Assembly (NCBI GenBank): GCA_963807395.1
Contig: CAWEBW010000017.1
Span: 13,187 to 77,186, forward strand
Source of the DNA: an uncultured Acidimicrobiaceae bacterium
GTDB lineage: Bacteria; Actinomycetota; Acidimicrobiia; Acidimicrobiales; Palsa-688
Length of the DNA: 64,000 nucleotides
Direction: 5' to 3'
This document shows, one piece after another, positions 60,801-64,000 of this stretch. The position numbers and the translations under genes were made by a program. Within the stretch, counting starts at the first letter, position 1; the number at the start of each line of letters is the position of its first letter. The notes under the pieces were generated by a model, which saw nothing but the letters and a program-made list of their open reading frames with translations, did not search any database and had not been told where the DNA came from.

Positions 60801-61150
60801 TCTTCGCCGGCGGAGTGAGCGACTTGCGCTTCCTTGAAGGCCTTTCCCAACTGTACGGCGAGTACGACCGCGCCAGCCGCAGCCGGACAAGCGGGCCAAG
60901 CGGCGCTTCGGTGTCGTGGTCCACTCAGCGCCACCGCGCCTTGAGCGTCGACGACTTGGCCGCCATGCCAGCGGGGCGGGCCGCCGTCAGCCTCTCGGGT
61001 ACGCGCCCGGTCATCGTCGAGACGGTCCCCTGGATGGTTCGGCGCGACGCTTTTTTGGTCCAGAGTTCGCTGGCTCGCTACGGCGGGCCCGACGGTCACC
61101 TACGGCCCAACCTCCCCGGACCGAAGGGCGCGGCCCTGGGGAGTCCCGGT
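60797..61150 (+). pseudogene. Type IV coupling protein (TraD/VirD4-like) C-terminal fragment
   Basis: NVKIFAGGVSDLRFLEGLSQLYGEYD...RHRALSVDDLAAMPAGRAAVSLSGTRPVIVETVPW matches the tail of actinobacterial T4CPs. The ATPase part is missing. Confidence 0.5.
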
Positions 61151-61892
61151 GAGCGAGCAGGACGAATGGGGGGACATGGACGAGGTGGTGGAGGAAGGCG
61201 CAGTTCCCCCCTCACGGGAAGAGGGGGCCACGTCGGCGGGAGGTGGCGACGCTGGCCGGTTGACCGACATCGGGCTCGAAGAAGGCGCCGTGGACTGGCC
61301 CGGGCTGGGGGCAGAGCCGGCCGGCAGCCCGCTTGCCGAGGTTCGCGAGGGGCTCGTCCAGCAGGCCGGCGTTGCCCGCCGCCTCGCCAGGAGCTTCGTC
61401 TCGCGGACCGAGGCGACCCAGGTGGCAAGGGCCTTCGTGGAAGACACGGACCCTGGCAGGTACGTGCCCGGGGCGCGGGGGCGTTTCGAGGCGATGGGGG
61501 TTCGTAATGAAGACGACGAATACTGCTGGTATGTGGTGGTGCGCTTCGTACCGGAGGGGCCGCCGGCGGCGTTCCTCGATGCGGTCGAGTGGTTCGAGGG
61601 ATGGCTGGCACCCATTGTTCGCCGGCCACTCAAGGCGGGCACCTACTGGTGCGGGCAATGGCAGGAGCACGCCGAGGCCGTCGAGCGGGTGACGGCCCTG
61701 TGGGAGGCCTGGGAGGCGGCCAGGGCCGAGGGCGGCAACGCTATGTCGTACTGGTGGACGGTGCATTTCGATGCCCACTGGGCCGCGCTCGCGGACTCGG
61801 CTGGAGGGCCCTTCTCGGCGTGCGCGAGGAGGGGCCAGCACAGTGCCGACCTCCGGGCACTTCCGAGCGACTTCGACGGGGCCGAGGAGTGA
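61149..61892 (+). CDS. DUF4913-like protein (conjugative-element associated)
   Basis: The C-terminal pattern WFEGWLAPIV...YWCGQWQEHAEAVERVTALWEAWEAAR...MSYWWTVHFDAHWAAL...GPFSAC matches. In my recollection such genes follow the T4CP gene in actinobacterial ICEs. Confidence 0.55.
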   Translation: MSEQDEWGDMDEVVEEGAVPPSREEGATSAGGGDAGRLTDIGLEEGAVDWPGLGAEPAGSPLAEVREGLVQQAGVARRLARSFVSRTEATQVARAFVEDTDPGRYVPGARGRFEAMGVRNEDDEYCWYVVVRFVPEGPPAAFLDAVEWFEGWLAPIVRRPLKAGTYWCGQWQEHAEAVERVTALWEAWEAARAEGGNAMSYWWTVHFDAHWAALADSAGGPFSACARRGQHSADLRALPSDFDGAEE

Positions 61893-61899
61893 GAGCGCG

Positions 61900-62550
61900 G
61901 GCGCTGCGCCGTCCGCGTACGGTGCCTGAGCTGTGGTGGCGCTCCGCAGTGCCGAAAAAGGAATTTCCCTTGTTCCGTAAGGCGTTCCGATAGGAACGTG
62001 AGCAGAAAACCTAGATCGCCCCCCCTTTTATGCAACTCGTTCAGGGAATCATGTCAGGTGGTGACGATGGAGGGTAGGGGGTCGGAGGCTCCCGGCATCG
62101 ACCAGGCAGTGATACGGCTGCCCAACTAGTGGTGGGCCTCGACTTGGGCGAGAGTAGAAGAACCGTCGTTATCTCCAGTCCTTCTTGGGGTGTCTTCTCT
62201 GTAAACGAGGGAGCGTTTTAGCCCCGGCGAAGACGCGCTATCTACACACTGTCTCCGCCGAGCCGTTGTCAAGGCCGGCTGCAAGCCGCCCGGAGGGCTT
62301 GGCCTTGACGACGGCGGTGCCAGGACTGTCGCGGCGTCACAATGGAGTAGGACCCCCGCCCAGGGGGTCCTGATCGCCCCTGTCATGGTCACGGCGAGCA
62401 CATTTCGACACCGCAAGAAACCCGCCTCTACCAGCGTTTCTTCCTTGCGCGCTGAAGATAACCGTCGATCGGATCGCGGTGGCAAGTGCCTCGCAACAGA
62501 GCGTTATCCGCTCCGATCAACTATTCGAGGGCGCTTGACAAAGTACGCAC
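61900..62550 (-). mobile_element. Probable group II intron 5' fragment (domain I region). No domain V/VI or RT ORF. The 3' limit is uncertain.
   Basis: The minus strand starts GTGCGTACTTTGTCAAGCG at 62550. It contains GATAAC, GGTAGAGG...GTGTCGAAA (compare Ll.LtrB GATAGAGG...GTGTCTGAAA) and several long nested hairpins, for example GTCAAGGCC...GGCCTTGAC and GGACCCCC-TGGGC-GGGGGTCC. Confidence 0.35.
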
Positions 62551-62927
62551 CAGCCAGATGGGTGTAGTTCGAAGACCATCCCGTCGACCCAGCAATCCCG
62601 GACAGCCTGTGAGTGCCAGCCGAGCGGGGATATGCGACACCACGGTGATGCCGCCTATTTTGACCCCGACTGGGTGGACGAGGACGCCTTCCCAACGGAC
62701 CCGCCCCCGACCTTGCCTGCGTGGACAACTTCTACGTCTGGGTCTTGTTGCCGAGCCAAGGCCGTCCGGTAGGACCACGGGTACTGGTCTACGGGCAACT
62801 ATGTGGCCCCAAAGGAAACGGGCTGGGCGGGAGGGTGAGCCCATTTATGGGCTGCGACCCCTTCAACGTACCGTCGCTTGTAACGACCCTGCCCCGAACA
62901 GCCGCCTCCTGGTGCATACCGCCCTAG

Positions 62928-63194
62928 TTGCAATTCGTCACGAACACTTACACCCGCACCGGGCTGCGTCCGGCTCTTTTTGCGCTGGATAACGTTGGTC
63001 ATAGCCGGCATAACTGGTTTTTTATGCGTGCTTTTCTGACCGAGAAGCCCACCGGACTTGACAAGTTCATAATCGGCGTGACGCGCTTTCTTCAAGACTT
63101 GGGCACGAGTTTGGTGTTCGCAAAATGGCGCGAATTTCTCGAGACCAACGGTGTGCGACGTCCACAGTACGACGGCTATGCGCTCACGGACTAA
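62928..63194 (+). CDS. Hypothetical protein (88 aa) in a locally lower-GC patch
   Basis: The ORF has plausible helical composition. Third-position GC is slightly higher than for the overlapping antisense ORF 62799..63392. The family is unknown. Confidence 0.3.
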   Translation: MQFVTNTYTRTGLRPALFALDNVGHSRHNWFFMRAFLTEKPTGLDKFIIGVTRFLQDLGTSLVFAKWREFLETNGVRRPQYDGYALTD

Positions 63195-63318
63195 GGATGG
63201 AACCTGCGCCATAACGATCCTCGACAGCCCACGATTAGCTCCCGACTTGTGCTGGCGCGCCGCCTGTCGGTGAAGGAGATCCCTGGAACGAGGGAAGCGG
63301 TGCGCAGGTTTAGATGTC

Positions 63319-64000
63319 ATGGGGCTGCACCCGTTCGTCGTCTCCGTGGCGGCACTCGCGGCGCTCGCGGTACCACTGCTGGCGTCGCCCAAGATCTCGG
63401 CCTCGCGTACTTCGACTGGGACCGAGCCGTCCGCTCATGGCCTGGCAACTGGCCCGGCACCTCGGGTACCAACAACGGTGGCCTTCCCCCTCGCCACCAC
63501 CCCGACCACCCGTACACCGCCACCGCCTGTAACTGGCCCGACCACGACGACCGTGCCCAAGTTCTCCGGCTTCCTGGTCCAGTCGGTCGACTTCGTGACG
63601 GCGGACGTCGGCTTCGTGCTTGGCTACGTCCGCTGCGGCAAGGAGATCTTCTTCGCCCTCCGCCGCACGCTCGACCGGGGAGCGAGCTGGCTGCCGCTGC
63701 CGACGCCGCCCTTCAACGTCGGGGTGCCCGGCGACCGTGCCCCATTCGAGCTGCACTTCGCCAATACCCTCGACGGCTGGGCGTTCGGAGCTACCGTCTG
63801 GGCGACCGATGACGGGGCCAAGAGCTGGCGTCCGGTCAACCTCGGCGGCCCCGTCATCGCCATGACGTCGGGGGCGGGGGAAGCCTACGCAGCCGTCCAA
63901 CCCTGCCGTCCGTCGTCGGTCACGTGCAATTCCACAGGCCAGCTTTGGCACAGTTCGGTGCGGACGGGCAGGTGGGCTGAGCTGCAGGGAGCCCCCGCTG
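63319..64000 (+). CDS. Secreted protein with a Pro/Thr linker and a BNR-like region (partial; continues beyond the window)
   Basis: Hand translation from the ATG at 63319 gives MGLHPFVVSVAALAALAVPLLASP (signal), then a PT-rich linker. It continues ...LDRGASWLPL...ATDDGAKSWRPV, with no stop before 64000. Confidence 0.55.
   Translation, partial: MGLHPFVVSVAALAALAVPLLASPKISASRTSTGTEPSAHGLATGPAPRVPTTVAFPLATTPTTRTPPPPVTGPTTTTVPKFSGFLVQSVDFVTADVGFVLGYVRCGKEIFFALRRTLDRGASWLPLPTPPFNVGVPGDRAPFELHFANTLDGWAFGATVWATDDGAKSWRPVNLGGPVIAMTSGAGEAYAAVQPCRPSSVTCNSTGQLWHSSVRTGRWAELQGAPA

Overview
GC-rich, actinobacterial-type DNA that reads as a mosaic accessory region, not core genome. Four same-orientation copies of the 3' half of a tRNA-Arg(ACG) gene start at 2977, 31143, 40167 and 52853. 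None is a complete tRNA. They divide the window into tandem island-like segments. Segment I (3.0-31.1 kb) holds a LacI-linked sugar ABC uptake/oxidation operon, a DrrAB-like ABC-2 exporter, and MFS/Lrp and hydrolase/MarR divergent pairs. It also holds three APH-like kinase paralogues and a secreted-protein cluster (BNR propeller, DUF4232, and a HAF-repeat protein with a PGRS-like Gly-rich tail). Segment II (31.2-40.2 kb) is a decayed mobile element. It carries DUF433/PIN-like toxin-antitoxin pairs, a queD-queE-folE' (preQ0) module, an IS256-family IS and an 801-aa AEP primase/SF2 helicase fusion. Segment III (40.2-52.9 kb) is a jetABCD (Wadjet) operon. Its jetA is split by an IS1634-like element and carries an in-frame TAG, and jetB and jetC have frame breaks. 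This segment also has an IS110-family transposase and hicAB. Segment IV (>52.9 kb) has a third DUF433/PIN-like pair, gene fragments, an M29 aminopeptidase and a second IS1634-like copy. It ends with a conjugative-element remnant (T4CP tail plus DUF4913) and a probable group II intron 5' fragment. I count more than 25 reading-frame disruptions, mostly at short homopolymers, plus a few in-frame stops. From the sequence alone I cannot separate sequencing indels from real gene decay. I saw no rRNA, no CRISPR array, no complete tRNA and no intact integrase. Family names come from motif recognition by eye and memory, not from database searches.
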